NCBI RefSeq assembly: GCF_964355755.1
Contig: NC_092670.1
Coordinates: forward strand, 25,096,795-25,160,794
DNA: 64,000 bases
Source of the DNA: Antedon mediterranea
Lineage: Eukaryota; Animalia; Echinodermata
Direction of reading: 5' to 3'
Both the position numbers and the translations under genes were made by a program. Each line of letters begins with the position of its first letter. Position 1 is the first letter of the stretch. The notes under the pieces are model-generated. The model had not been told where the DNA came from. It worked only from the letters and a program-made list of their open reading frames with translations, and made no database searches. Below are positions 27,780-41,398 of this stretch, piece by piece.

Positions 27780-28420
27780 AGAGAGTAGACATGGCGGCGA
27801 CTTTTAAAAAAACAAAACAAAAACTGTAACTGGGCCGACGCACAGTGCGTATATATTCTTCATGGCAACAACAATTACTCTTAAAAGTGCGCACGTATTC
27901 TGCGGTTGCTGGGCAGTGGTGCGCGTTGACTCTGGACGAGCAGCAGCTGATTGGTTGAAAGTTTTTCACTTTTATCGACCAAGTGGTCCAACTATTATGA
28001 TGATTGTACGTGACGCGGAGGCCAAAATAAATATAATTATATGAGACAAAAAATGGATAAATATCATTATAAACGCTTGGTACAAATTGTTATTTATTAT
28101 TATTTATGTCATATTTAATAATCGTTTGAGATACATTTTAACAAACGCGTTGAACGATGAGTTGACGAGTTGACAAAAAGTAGAAAACAGGAAGTGGATA
28201 GGAGCTCTAAAGGATTGAAGCAAGAAAGGAAAGCTGGCCTATTATAGGGCCTAGGCAAGAAGAACTTCCAATTTTCTGTGCTATAATATATTTAATTTGT
28301 TTCCTGTTTAAATTATAAAACTATCAGAAGTTTCAATATTATTGAAGTATCGAAGTGAATTAAATATCCTTAAACAGCAATTTTAGTTTCTAGGCTTGCT
28401 AACGGGAAGTGCATAGGCCT
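27780..28420. promoter_or_regulatory. Divergent promoter region shared by the Gla-like/TSP1 gene and EXOC7
   Basis: Start codons at 27735 (-) and 28672 (+). YY1-like CATGGCGGC (~27790), X-box half-site CATGGCAAC (27861-27869), GATTGG (~27949), ETS-like GGAAGTG (~28190, ~28404). Confidence 0.6.
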
Positions 28421-28671
28421 GGCCCTAGCCAGGAATAGGCCTAGATAGAGACCTACCAAGGCCCGCCTAGTAGTCGATCGTAGAGGCCTAGCCTATTATA
28501 TAGTGTGTGTGGCGGAAGGGCGATGAGACGCACTTGACAGCCACAACAAATATACTGTGAATGCTGTGATTTTAGAGGCTATTAATTAACCTTGCCCTTG
28601 TCTACTACTACTAGACAAATCAGTTAAATAATTAATAAAATAGAATAAAAACTGTACAAAAATATTTCAAG

Positions 28672-31600
28672 ATGAGTGGCAGACAACAAAATTCTACTCC
28701 AAATTATCTTATGATTGCGAAGATGGAAGACTCAACACAAAAGATTGTAGAATTAGATGAAAAACTGGAACAAGTAAGGAAAACATGTTATTGTTTTGTA
28801 TTTATTTTATAGGGAATTTATTAAACTTCATTAATTTGTCTCACATGCTTAGTACAATGGTTTTATTAAAATGATATGCACAAAATTACAAAGTACAGTA
28901 TAGTATATATAGTACAGTAGGCCTAATATACTGTATGTTTAATTTATACTGTAGTCTGTATCATATTTCATTTAATATCCAGGCATTTTAATTATTGAAA
29001 TAGGAACAGAAGGATTTGGCATTCATTCGTGAAAACCTTGATAAAAGCAATCACCTTACTAGAAGTATGGTAAGTTTTGTTTAACTTAACATAACTAATT
29101 ATTTGTTACCTTAGTTACTTAAATTATACATAACATTTACAACAGAAAAAAGTTTACACTTTTTGTGTCTATTTTTGCAGGTTAGTATCTTGTCCTCATT
29201 TGAGAGCAGACTTAAGAAACTTGAAGAAACCATCCTCCCTGTTCACATGGAAACGGTTGCCCTCCAACATCTGCAAGCAAGTATGTTAATAATATTTATT
29301 AGTATAAAAAAAAAAAACTATATGAAAAGTAAATTTATTCATTATGTATACACCATAATTGTGTTAAGATGATCCAATAGTATGTCCTTTTTAGGGTTTG
29401 GATTTAACATTGTTGATGATGTCAAAATGTTGAATCTTAACATCTGGATTATTATGTGTATTGACCTACCTTTTTATCACTTTTCGGGATATATTACTAT
29501 CAATAATAAGCTAAGCCATGTGGTCATATTATCTCGATTTTGCCTTACGCATTACCTTTTTGTTGTTTGTCCAGGATCCTCACGAGACAAAGGTCCGCCT
29601 TCTAGTTTGTTGCCCTATCAACAGTTTATTTTCTTGATTATTCAATTTATGTTAAAGTTATTGATTATTGAAATTTTTGATAAATAAATGTATAGATGAA
29701 TGAATAAATAACGATGAAAAAAAATATATAAGGCAAGAATAAATATACTGTTCTTAACTAACCTTTTAGATGTAGAGAAGTCTTTAAAGGCGTTTGATGA
29801 AGTTCTTACTTATCACAACGTTGTTCGTGATGCTGAACAATTCATTAAAGAGGGGTAGGTATTGTTGACTGTAGTTAATAAGTGTTATTTGTCATAAAAA
29901 AGAGTATATGAAGAAGAAAAAAAATGTAATATTAGTATTACTGTAGTTGAATGTTCAATAATATTGGCCTTGTCTTTTGGAATTGCAGGGGTGCAACCAA
30001 AACACATCCATGGATGCTGTAGTAGTAATAAAATAAATGTAATATCTCACGCCTGATACTACTGTACTCTACATCCAGCTAGGTTGCATTATCATGTCAT
30101 TTTTGTTGTTTTAAATTAGGTCAAGTGGAAGAATTGAAGATTACTTGCGTAAAATGGGTGAAATTCAAGAAGCTAGGGATTATTTTAAGGAGAACAATCC
30201 AGGGAGTCCTGAACTTGCTAAAGCTGTAAGTTATTTAGTAGTTTATAGCGAAAAAAAAGCATCAAATTTTACTTACTGTTTTAAAAATCTTATTAATGTA
30301 TATGCTTGATGTTTTATGTTAGGACTCGCAATTTACAATGGGCAAAGAAAGTCTTGAGAATGAATTTCGTGGTCTGTTAAATCGTCATAGTAAGCCAGTA
30401 CCAGCTATCATGATTCTAGACTTGATTGAAGAAGATGAAGATGAAGGACTACATGCTTTTGAACATCTTCCAGGTCAGCAGCTTCTAAGGTCCCTTTCAC
30501 ACACAAGAATTAATTTAGCTCAGATTTAGCTTTTCTGTATGTACTGTACTATAATGTACTGTAATGTAAACTAGAGGTTGATGTACATAAACCCAAGTCA
30601 ACAAATGTTCTATCCTGCAATTGACCTTAGAGTATATAATATGAACACCTCGTAAGGTGACCTGGTAGAACCTCTGATTTGATAATTGAGTGAAAGATGT
30701 TTTAGGTACACTTCACTCAGGTGTGTGTGTGTGTGCGCACTGAATTTGTTTGTGTGTGCCAAGTTAAACATTGTTTTTTGGTAAAACACAAAATATTTAC
30801 TCTTAAAAATATTTCTGTTACAGAGAAGACCGTGGATGAGCTGTCATTGATTGCCAAGTGGTTACAAGGTCCAGGAGAATCGTTTGACTTCATTGATGTA
30901 TACCATTCTATCCGTGCTAGCGCCCTCAAGAGGTCAATTGAAGGCATTAAGGACCATTTAATGAAAAAATCTGGAGGATCAGCTTCATCAGGTCATGCTA
31001 TGTCATCGCCAATGGTAACAAGCTGATAAAGTCAATAATTATTTTTAATATTCATTTTGTTGAAAATTTCTTAAAATACCAAATGTTGAAAATTATCTTG
31101 AAGATTGACATATTATTAACTTATCGTCAATGTTGGTTTAAGAATTCATTAAAGATGTATTGTCCCCCTGAAAAAATAATTCTTAAACAATTTTTGTTGA
31201 ATATTCCATTTTAATTTAACATAATAGTTATCCACTTTGACCAAAAATTGGATCGAAGAAAAATGTATTTACCTGACAAAAAATGTAATTTAAAGGAAAA
31301 ATGGTCAAATTGGCTGCCAGTCAATGGATTTTCAGTTGAATTTAACCATTTATTTTGTCATATTATAAGTGAAAACATAATTTTTTTCGTTTTTTTTTCT
31401 ATGGAAGTGATTAACTTTATTAAAACTACAAAATAACATATTCAAATTCTGATTTAATTAATCTTCATTTTTCATGTTTTTGGGGGACAATACATCTTTA
31501 ACAATTTTTATTTATTTTACAGAATTTAAAAGGAAAATCAAAAGATCCAACTAAACGTTCATCACTCATTAAGCCGTAAGTTAATTTTCTGTCTATTGTT

Positions 31601-34600
31601 ATCTTTTCTACATTTCTAGATGACAAATTAACCAAAAGTTATATTTTAATTCAATTTTCTTGCTTTCTGTTTTATATTTGCAGGATAATGAAAAAGAGTT
31701 CAGCATATTTACTTATTGCCAGTTTTGAATCAGGTTTGTCAATGTTTCACTTTCTAACTAAGTTTACTGCAGTATTTTACTTATTCACTGGGATGTGTAC
31801 ACACAACAACTATTTTGGTATGCATAATAATCTTATTCATGATCGCTGATACAGCAGTTTTCCATTAATATGTACAGAACCCCTTAATGTTGAATGTTGT
31901 TAACATTGTAGCAAAGCGGCCAGGTTCGTTGGGTAGTCCTTCAGTGGATATGAGAGAAGAGGCCAGCATGGATATTGAAACTGAACAATTTATAGTCGGT
32001 CTTCTAGCTCTTCTGAAACTTATACAAGTAAGTTGCCTTATTTAAATTATCTTTGAAAGATTTAGATTTAAAAGAAAGAAATAAAACAGAGTAGTAAATT
32101 CATAAATTTACTTTCCCTAACTAGATTCATTGTGTTGTCTAGTTGTTTACCTTGATTTACCTTGATCTTGGACATCTAAAGCAATGCTTGTGTGTCCCTC
32201 CGGTATATTTTATTACATGTTCTATCATATGGGGAAAACTTTAGTGGGTGGTGATTCCAAAATTTTTCTAGTCGGTTTTTAAATTGATTAACATTTGCAG
32301 CTTCTATTACATCCTGAGGCAAGTTGTTCCATGTGTCGATAATAGAGTTTGTAAAAAGTTTCTGCCGTATCCTTAAGTGAGTACGAGGTTTGCTAATTTT
32401 CAAAAAGTGTCCTCTGGTTCTAGATTCAGTGGTTAACTTAAAAAAAATCCTCATTGTTACATTTAGTGAAACCGTAGAACATTTTGAATACTTGAATCAT
32501 TGCGGATCTCAATCTTCTGTATTCTAGAGTAGGAAGGTGCATTATGGAAAGTCGTTGACTGTATTTATACTGACGTAAATCTGCTATCATTCTAGTTGTC
32601 CTCTAGTTTATTATAAAACTACTATTAAAACCAATTTTAAAGTATTTGGGGTATCTTTGATACCAATCTTCCTTTTTCCTTTTCTTTCATAATTTTTATT
32701 TCTAAACAATTGTACATTACCATTATTTTCACATTATGATTTGTGTTGTATGTTATCTCTATAGGTTAAAATAATTAACAAATGTTATTGGTTTGATTTT
32801 ACAATGTTTTTTTTTTTTAATTTAAACATTTTTATTTAAATGTACTATTAATGATAATGGAAGTCAGTTTGTTTTTACGCATAAATAAAAATTGACATGG
32901 TTGTTTATTTAGAGTGAAGCATCTTTAATGAGCTCAATAATACCATATGAACACCATCGTAAGACGTTTGACAAGATCATTGATAGATCAATGGACATGG
33001 TTGCACAAGATGGACAAGTAAGGTTATTCTACAAATACAAATATATGCACAGTCAACTCTCTCAATACTGGCCGAAAATGTCTGATGTGTTTTTAATGCT
33101 GACGAAAAATTTGAGAAATTTGGACCAACCTCAATAAGTCTGATTTTGGCAATGTTTTTGGTTAATCTGCCATCGTTGCATTGCATTGTAAACTGTATTA
33201 TTCAGGGTCTCGGAGCCAGTATATTTATTTTGGCAGAGTTTTTGGTTTTCAGAGAATCCAACATTGGTGGAGTATCTGTGCTATTTAAGGTTTATTTTCC
33301 AAAGATAGTAAAAACACAGATTGTGAAGGTTTATTTTCTACTTACTACTAAATATTTGATATGTAATTGAAGTATAAATTATACAAAATATTATGAATTC
33401 AACAATGTTTTTCTTTACCAGAATATAAATGCAAATGCAAAGCGTGCAATTGGAAAACATGAATTTTCAGCATTGTTGTCAATATTTCCTGTCTTGAAAC
33501 ATCTTAACGCTTGCAAAGCAGAGTTTGATGAACAGCTAACGGTAAGCTGCTATGTTATATGAATTTTATGTTTTAGATATTTCAACATATGTACTTACTG
33601 ATTTTACATTTTATATATTAGAAAACAGCTGTTTAAGAAACATTTTAAACTTTTTATCTAATCATAATTAATATCATAGGGATTATTGTTTTTGAGAAAA
33701 ATACTTTTTTCTTTCTTCAATAACGTCAAACTTTATAACTTAAAATTATTAATATTATATTGTATATGTACCTACGTCATTTTGAACTTCTAATTATGAT
33801 CCCAACCGATAGAATATATGATCAATTTTATACTCATTCATTATTATTATCAATTTTTGTTTATTATATCCTTTATATATCATCTTCAAATGTACATCAC
33901 ATTATTCAAATTGTTTTATTTACTATTGGCTAAATAAATGTTACCAAATCGTAAAATATATGCAACAATGTACAAGGTACAATTTTAATGATTTCTTCCT
34001 TATTATGAATGGCAACCACTGTCTTTCCAACAATTTGTTGAGTGAACTTATTTCATTATCACTTATTGAAGAAGAAAAAAACAGCAAACGAATTGTAGCC
34101 AAGGGCTAGATTGCAAGTTTCTACATAAGAACAGATTTAACATGCATGCACATTTTGTTGTTCTTTCTATTTACAGTTAGTATACATTTATATTTTTTAC
34201 AGGGTACAGCGCCATCTACTAGACACAAGTTACCTGATTTGATGCGAACCTTACAACAAACGGGATCCAATGCCCTTGATGAGTTCTTTGAGATTGTGAA
34301 GAATGATCCAGACAAGTCTAATATGCCCAAAGATGGTACAGTTCATGAACTTACCAGCAATGCTGTTATATTCCTTGAGAACTTACAGGAGTTTATTGAT
34401 ACAACCTCATCAATGCTATCAACTCAAAAAGGTATTACTCTCAAATTATTGGAAAAATTTGATTAAGTTGATATTATTATATTATTATATGTCATTGTTT
34501 GTAACTACTGTGGAGTAGCTTTGCGTCAGATGTTTTACCCTACTCTGACGTAATTTGTACTTTATACTAAGTGCATTGAGAACACACACAAAAAATTAAT

Positions 34601-36818
34601 TAAATTTAGTAAAAATTAAAATTAAGTAATTCTCGGATGGGATTCGAACCCACGGCCTCCAGATCACTAGTGTGCATTCATACCTCTAGACCACCGAGCT
34701 TGCGCTGATGGCTAGGGGTTAGATTGAAGCCCAATTACATCAGAGTAGAGCAAAACATTTGATATATGAGATAATAACACTTTTCGTTCGTTTTTATTAC
34801 TTTTTGCTACCATGTCATCAAGCTTTTATTCCATTTTTTAAATATTTATTAAACCATGGTAATATTATTATACTGTTGATTTTTAATATTTACTTCAGAT
34901 GCAATATTATCCAGAGGAAATGAAGACACAGCAAAAAAGAAGCTAGTTGCTGCTTACATAGGTGGGTAACAGGGATATGTTGTCAAGGTGGTAAAGATAT
35001 ATTTAAAAAAAATAGATAGTAATTTTTAATATTGAATAATTGAATAAGTGAATTGGTTAGATAGTAACCGCTTCATTTGGGACATACTTTTGCTTATCCA
35101 AAATGTTTGATTTTCAAGATGAATAGAATATAGAGAATTTATGACTGTTTATATAATAATCATACAGCTACACTACAATATAAGACTATCTAATATAAGA
35201 TACAATATACAATATAAGACTATCTAATATAAGATACAATATACAATATAAGACTATCTAATATAAGATACAATATACAATATAAGACTATCTAATTAAT
35301 ATTGTTTTTATCTTCAGCAAAAGTTTTAGGAGCTCTTGGGCTAAACTTGGACCAGAAAGCGAAGACATACAACGACCAGTATCTCGGTGCCATCTTTCTG
35401 CTCAACAACTACCATTATCTACTTAAATCATTACAAAGGTATGATCCTATCAAATTAAAAAGGCAGTCTGGTGAAATAAAAATATGTTGATAAACTAGCT
35501 TCATATATTCAAGTGAACGTTCATATGGGCTAGTATATAACTAAATTAAATGGTTTAAACATAGGATTCTTTTGATTGTGTTACATGCCGAAAATTGAGG
35601 TATGTTGAATTTACTGTGCTGTAAACTTGTTTAAACCATTTAATTTAGCTTCATATAATAATTATGTGATTACGTATGATTAACATTATAATACTATAAA
35701 TTATGTATTTTCTGCTAGGTCTGGTTTAATTCAACTTGTAATGTGTTCAAATCCAGATGTAGAAAGTCACTATGAACAGATTATCAAAGATCAGAAAGTG
35801 GAGTACACAAAAAGGTACGTAAATTACATAATAAGCCGATGAGGGCGCTATCATTATAATTAATGGCGACAAAAAGCTTGCTTAAAATTATATGAATGTG
35901 ATTGGTTGATTCCACAAATATGAAAATTTATTTATTTGTTTTTCTTTAGTTGGAGTCGAGTGATAACTCAAATACATGAAGCCAATCGGCCGTATGTGCT
36001 AGAACGAGACGCCGGAGGGAAACTGAAAGACCGTGAAAGGCAACATATTAAGGATAAATTTAAGGTATGTTATTTATGTTTCTGCCTTGTAGGTAAGTCC
36101 CACCAAAGGTGCTCATTAAACTAACTTACCCTAGTAAATAATTAAACCTAAACCAAACCTAAAACAATTGCCTACTAATGTAATATATTATTTAATTTAA
36201 ATAAACAAATATTTTTTCCAGGGTTTTAATACAGAGTTAGAAGATTTATTTAAAGTACAGAAATGTTATGCTGTACCAGATGAGCAGCTAAGAGCAATGC
36301 TGAGAGAGGAAAATAAAGTGACCGTTATCAATGCCTATAGAACGTTTATGGAAAGGCAAGTCAATCAGTTTCAATGTGTTTTTAATAGTCTTATTTTTAG
36401 TTAGAAATAGTATTCGGATCCATTGAAAATGTATATTTAATATTGATCTATATCTACTAAAAATGTATTTTTTTTATTCAAGTAAAATTAATTTCACTTT
36501 TTTTCCATTTAGTACATATAAATATTAAATAAATAATTGAGAAAACAATAGTATAATAAAATTATTGTATTACGTGAAAAAGGAAATCTCCCTGTTAACA
36601 GCGTTAATAAAATAGACAAGGCCTTGTGTTCTACTGTATAAACTCTCTTTTCTTTTTATTGAATATAAATATAATGTAACATATTTTTGGTAAAAAAATA
36701 TTGTTTTTTTAACAGGTATTCAGGAACAAACTTTACCAAAAATCCAGAAAAATATATAAAATATCAGCCAGAACAAGTTGGTGGTATGATTGATAGATTC
36801 TTTGATGTCACTGCATAA
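28672..36818 (+). CDS. EXOC7: Exocyst complex component 7 (Exo70), multi-exon
   Basis: Exons encode VSILSSFESRLKKLEETILPVH, GRIEDYL..YFKENNPGSPEL, MPKDGTVHELTSN, AIFLLNNYHYLLKSL, ERQHIKDKFK|GFNTELEDL and the terminus FTKNPEKYIKYQPEQVGGMIDRFFDVTA*. Possible alternative start at 28711. Confidence 0.95.
31153..31497. mobile_element. Non-autonomous TTAA-target element (Kolobok-like AG..CT ends)
   Basis: TTAA|AGATGTATTGTCCCCC ... GGGGGACAATACATCT|TTAA. Confidence 0.8.
32140..32605 (-). mobile_element. 3' fragment of a CR1-clade LINE in an EXOC7 intron
   Basis: RTRGHFLKISKPR...DTWNNLPQDVIEAANVNQFKNRLEKFW is the typical CR1 C-terminus; ends in a short tandem tail (AAGGTAAATC). Confidence 0.85.
34526..34762. 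mobile_element. TIR element (~30-bp TIRs) enclosing a tRNA-Pro-like segment on the minus strand (34632-34700)
   Basis: TCAGATGTTTTACCCTACTCTGACGTAATT / AATTACATCAGAGTAGAGCAAAACATTTGA; internal GCTCGGTGGTCTAGAGGTATGA...GGGTTCGAATCCCATCCGAG. Confidence 0.75.
35177..35296. repeat. 34-bp AT-rich tandem repeat, ~3.5 copies
   Basis: CAATATAAGACTATCTAATATAAGATACAATATA repeated perfectly. Confidence 0.9.
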
Positions 36819-37132
36819 CAGGTAACCTGTGATTAATTCATAACCAATCTCACAACCATCATGGTATATCAACTGGTTTTCAGGATTTAACACTATCTTT
36901 AAACTCAATTGTTATTTTTTATTATGGCGAATCATAATATTAATGGTCTTATATAGCGCCTAATATAATGTTTCTAAGCGCTTTACAATACACATAAAAA
37001 TAACTAATAAAATATACTAAGATAACCAAAAAAGCCAGATGAAGAAGCAGAGGAAACATTTCACTAAGAGAGCATATGAAAATGTACAGTTATGTGGTGA
37101 TAAGGCACTTAATTGTGTACAAAATGTCTATA

Positions 37133-37453
37133 GAGTATCACGGTGCTGACGTCACGACGGTAGGTGGCGCTGCGTTGTTGCTAGCTAGCGCAACCAAAAA
37201 TGTGGCCAGTCTGCCTGATTGACTCCAAGATCACCAATGATTTGGAATAGGCTTATTGAAGTAGTTATTTTAAAATATAACAATTTTCAATAAAAACTAA
37301 CTAAAATTTCAAAAGATCACTAAATATTTTTTTTTAATAATCTATTTATTCTTGAACTACAGTTTAAGTTAAAAAAAATCAAGCTAAGATACATAATTTG
37401 ATAGAAATACAGATCTTTACTGTCTATCGTTGTGACGTCACACCGTGATACTC
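37133..37453. mobile_element. MITE with GAG..CTC termini in TATA context
   Basis: TATA|GAGTATCACGGTGCTGACGTCACGACG ... CGTTGTGACGTCACACCGTGATACTC|TATA. Confidence 0.8.
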
Positions 37454-37682
37454 TATACAATATTGTATTGAACATTTAAAGATTATAAATGTATTTACTT
37501 ACTAATAATACTGTAATAATTTAAGCTTACTGTACATACAAGATGATTTGAAAAAAAATGTACTAAACTTGTATAGCAGATTATGCTAAAAAATCAATGC
37601 ATATTTTCTGATCTTTCACATACACATTCATTTTTATTTATCGCCGGTCGGTTACATATAAGTAATAAGCAAGAAACTAGCA

Positions 37683-38219
37683 AGATGTATTGTCCCTTGA
37701 AACACAAAAAATGAAAAAAAAAATATTCTAAATTTAAATTGGCCATATCAAAGTAATATTAGTAATATAAGTCGAAAATTCGAGCCAAAAACAACAGTTC
37801 ACGTGATTAACAGGTAAATAATTTAGATTACATTTCGTCTGAGAAATCGTCGCAAGCAAAAGTAAACAAAGATTTCAAACCATGCGTATGCATTATGCAA
37901 GATGCTAATTAGGATTGTTTACAACTCATCACGGTTGAGAAGGTGTTTTCACACAGGTCGCGAGGAAGTTTTATGATTATGCATACAGAGTAGCCAAACA
38001 AGCGCATTGCATTATGGGATATGTTTTGATTGAAAACTTTGACTGGAAGTCAAAGTTATTTTTTGAACAAAAAAACATCTGTATTTCGGTTAAATTATTT
38101 TTTTTGGACTAATTTTTGGTGAAAGTTAATAACTATTATGATACTTAAAAATGACCCACTTTTTTTCGAAATTTAAAAAAAAAATTTTGTTAAGAATTAG
38201 TCAAAGGGACAATACATCT
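37683..38219. mobile_element. Second element with the AGATGTATTGTCCC TIR (same termini as 31153-31497)
   Basis: AGATGTATTGTCCCTTGA ... TCAAAGGGACAATACATCT|TTAA. Confidence 0.75.
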
Positions 38220-39674
38220 TTAATTATAATGAAATACATATGAAACAGTGTGCATGTAATGCTCTGTAATAAACTAGATTTTATCAAATTTTAGATGTCA
38301 ATGTTTGTTTTATCCAGTTTATTGTGTTTGCTTTTCATGATAATGCATTGTTGTAGTATGTATATTGTTCATGTGCTGATTTATCCTGTTTTGACTGTAT
38401 CAGAAAAAAGATACACTTGAACACACTACACTTCAGTTAAGTTTGTAATTTTAAACTTCAGCCGTCTACAAATCTACAACATTGACTGGTAGTGCGCTAG
38501 ATATATAACACAAACATTATTTTTCATACTTTTTTGGGGTGGTCAAACAAAAACTACAAATAAAATCTCACAAATGCGTCCTCACAATTCCATCTTAGCC
38601 AAACATCTGGGCCTGTTTCTATTTAAAAATCCCAAAACAATGGTTTTCTTCAAATCAGTTTTTTTTTTAAAGTTGCATGGATTTATTGCTCCACATAAAC
38701 CGTTTTTGAAACCGTTTTTAAAGTTCTTAAAAGTTAGTTGTTTTTATGTGAACCCGTTTCTGTTGGCGAGAAAATACCATTCTTTCAAAATACGGTATTT
38801 TAATCCGTATTCTCTTGTTAAGTAGAAGCAGAACAATATTTTTAAAGAAATTCTTACAGTAGTAGACATTGGTTTATATGTAAACAGTTGCATTAGAAGA
38901 AATATAAATGTGTGTCTCCTGGTAATCTTGGCACCACAATTATTTGAATAGACCAAGGGGTTACAGATATATGGCCCATTTATACATTTGACCTCTCTAA
39001 TTTGCATGTTTTGATTTTAAAAAGTAACAACACCCGAAATTAGAAATATTATAAACTAAGGAACACTTTGAGCATAGCCACTAGAGTACAAGACAATACA
39101 GTAGATATATACAAATGATGAATGTTTATGAGTGCAATAGTACAGATAATTTCATGAGGTAAAAGGTTATATTTTCACGAGGACGTGACTGATCCCATGC
39201 AAAACATTACCAACCCATAAACTATTATTTCTCTATGACAATGTATACATTATGTTTGCCATTTTGAGGTTTAGTGCATCATTGAACTTCCATTAACAGC
39301 TTGATGGAATAATTAACTAAATAAATCCTGCAGTTGCTTATCACCAATCCCTTATGACTCTAAATGGTTTTATGATAATCATGTAGCACTTTCTACTAAT
39401 GCATGTCATGTATATTTAACCGCCGTTTGTATTAATACATAACATCTATTGTTATAAGATTATTTTGCCGAAGTCTTCAAGAACACTATATTCATCGTAA
39501 TATTGATCATGGTATGTATATAATGACAGTACTTTAGACATAATGAACGTTGGGTGTGAAGAATACGATTATAATAGTAGGCCTAAGCTAGTAATGTAGG
39601 CCATATGGAGACGTAAGCTACAAGAGTTTACTATATTGAAGAACAAAACGGGCCACATGCGTTTTAACTAGTAA

Positions 39675-39854
39675 ACTCTGTCTACACTATCAAACTTTAT
39701 GCGACAAATACAAATTGAGGTGCCCTTATTGACATAAAGATGTCATATCACTACCATATTTGGGCATATCACTACCATATTTGGGCACATCACTACCATA
39801 TTTGGGCACATCATATTTTTTTGGTCGAACTAGTTTGATAGTGTAGACAGAGCT
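39675..39854. mobile_element. MITE family A copy (TIR AGCTCTGTCTACACTATCAAACT) with internal 21-bp repeats
   Basis: ACTCTGTCTACACTATCAAACT ... AGTTTGATAGTGTAGACAGAGCT; three internal CACTACCATATTTGGGCAYAT units. Confidence 0.85.
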
Positions 39855-41398
39855 TGAAATGTCGTGACGTACGGTACAGTAGTCTAATTTCACTTAGAAT
39901 GTTACGAGAATCGTTTGGTTAAAAATGATATACAAATATAGGACGTAATTATTAGTATAGGCCTAGGCCTAATAGGAATAAGAGAGCCGAGAATCGCAAT
40001 TTTACAAAAATAAATATTTGATTTAAATTTGAAAAATATCCTGTTTTTTAACAAATTCAGAAAAAAACAAAAAATAAATCAAAAACCATTGTGTTTTGAG
40101 CGCGTTGCGGTGATAACAACTATACGATAAAACAATATTTTAGTCGTGTTTTTTAATATTACCTTTTATACAAATGGAACTTTTTAAACTAGTAGGCCTA
40201 GATAATAATTGTAAGGAGTAAAATTACATGCTCGGTGTTCCATGACGATAGACACAAACAAACTGAAAATAATAGCTTTACAATTTCAGAAAAGCCATTC
40301 CACAATAATAATATTTTCTGTCGGTTGTTCAATCTGTTGTTGCGTTCTTGTTTCTCGTTGACTGTCCATGTCGATTTCCAACCTCTGCCTGTATTTCGTG
40401 TCATAAAGTGACTAAGATGGTATGTAGTAGTGCTTGTATATAATATTACCTTTCGTTTGTTTAAAAGGAAAGTTTTTCTTTAATAATATAGGGATATTCC
40501 CTGAATAGGCGAACATGTCTCCTAAAAACTAAATAGAGGTTCCCCCGCCCCCGAAAATAATTAAGTTCTACTCTAAATAGTAGGTTTGCGATACACCGTA
40601 TACTTTTTTTTAAACTTATACTGGTATTTCAAATTTAAATTACATTTAAGGAGAACAAAATGTTGTTATAAGTAGTACCAGTACCACCAGTCATGCCTGC
40701 TTGGCGTTTTTCAAGTGAGTAATTCAGTAGTGGAGAGTTCTGAATACAATCGTGTGTATACAATTTGCATTGCTTTTGTTGTTATTGTGTTACGATTGTT
40801 GGTGTAACTTTTGTTGAGGCAATTGTATTGAGGTTGATGCCTTTAGCAGATTTATGTATTTTTTAAATAAATAAAGGTCAAAATACGGTAAGTACCTCAT
40901 ATCGTATTGGTAGGCCGCATTTACTACAATGTCGAGCTATTTGAACAAAATAGTGTGAAATACGGCATGAAGACTGAGATCTGATCAGTCTTGTGTGCTC
41001 ATGCTTATGTTCACACGGAGCACCGTTAATAAATAAGAGATATTATTAGTACGTTTGAAGTATTATTAAGCGATATGTGGTGTCCATCCTTTGTGAACTT
41101 AGGCCTTCTTCCAAAGCAGAATTGAATCGCACTGGTGTGTAGATTGTTATTGACCTGCCGAACAAGACAGGTAATTAATTAGGAAAATGTGTTAGACCTA
41201 CTTTGCTATTTTTCCAAGAAAAAAATCCCTATAAGTTGTAAAATTCAAGAATTAAACAGTTAATTTACAATATGCATCCGAGAATTGATCTACAAGTGGT
41301 ATTCGTATATTTAATATCTACAGCTTAAAACACGTATTTTTCCATTTCAGATAACTCTAGACTACAACTGCGGCTGGCCAACAATTAAATCGTGTACA

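Noticed and set aside
34632-34700. Functional tRNA gene
   Set aside because: The anticodon stem does not pair and the sequence lies inside a repeated TIR element; treated as tRNA-derived.
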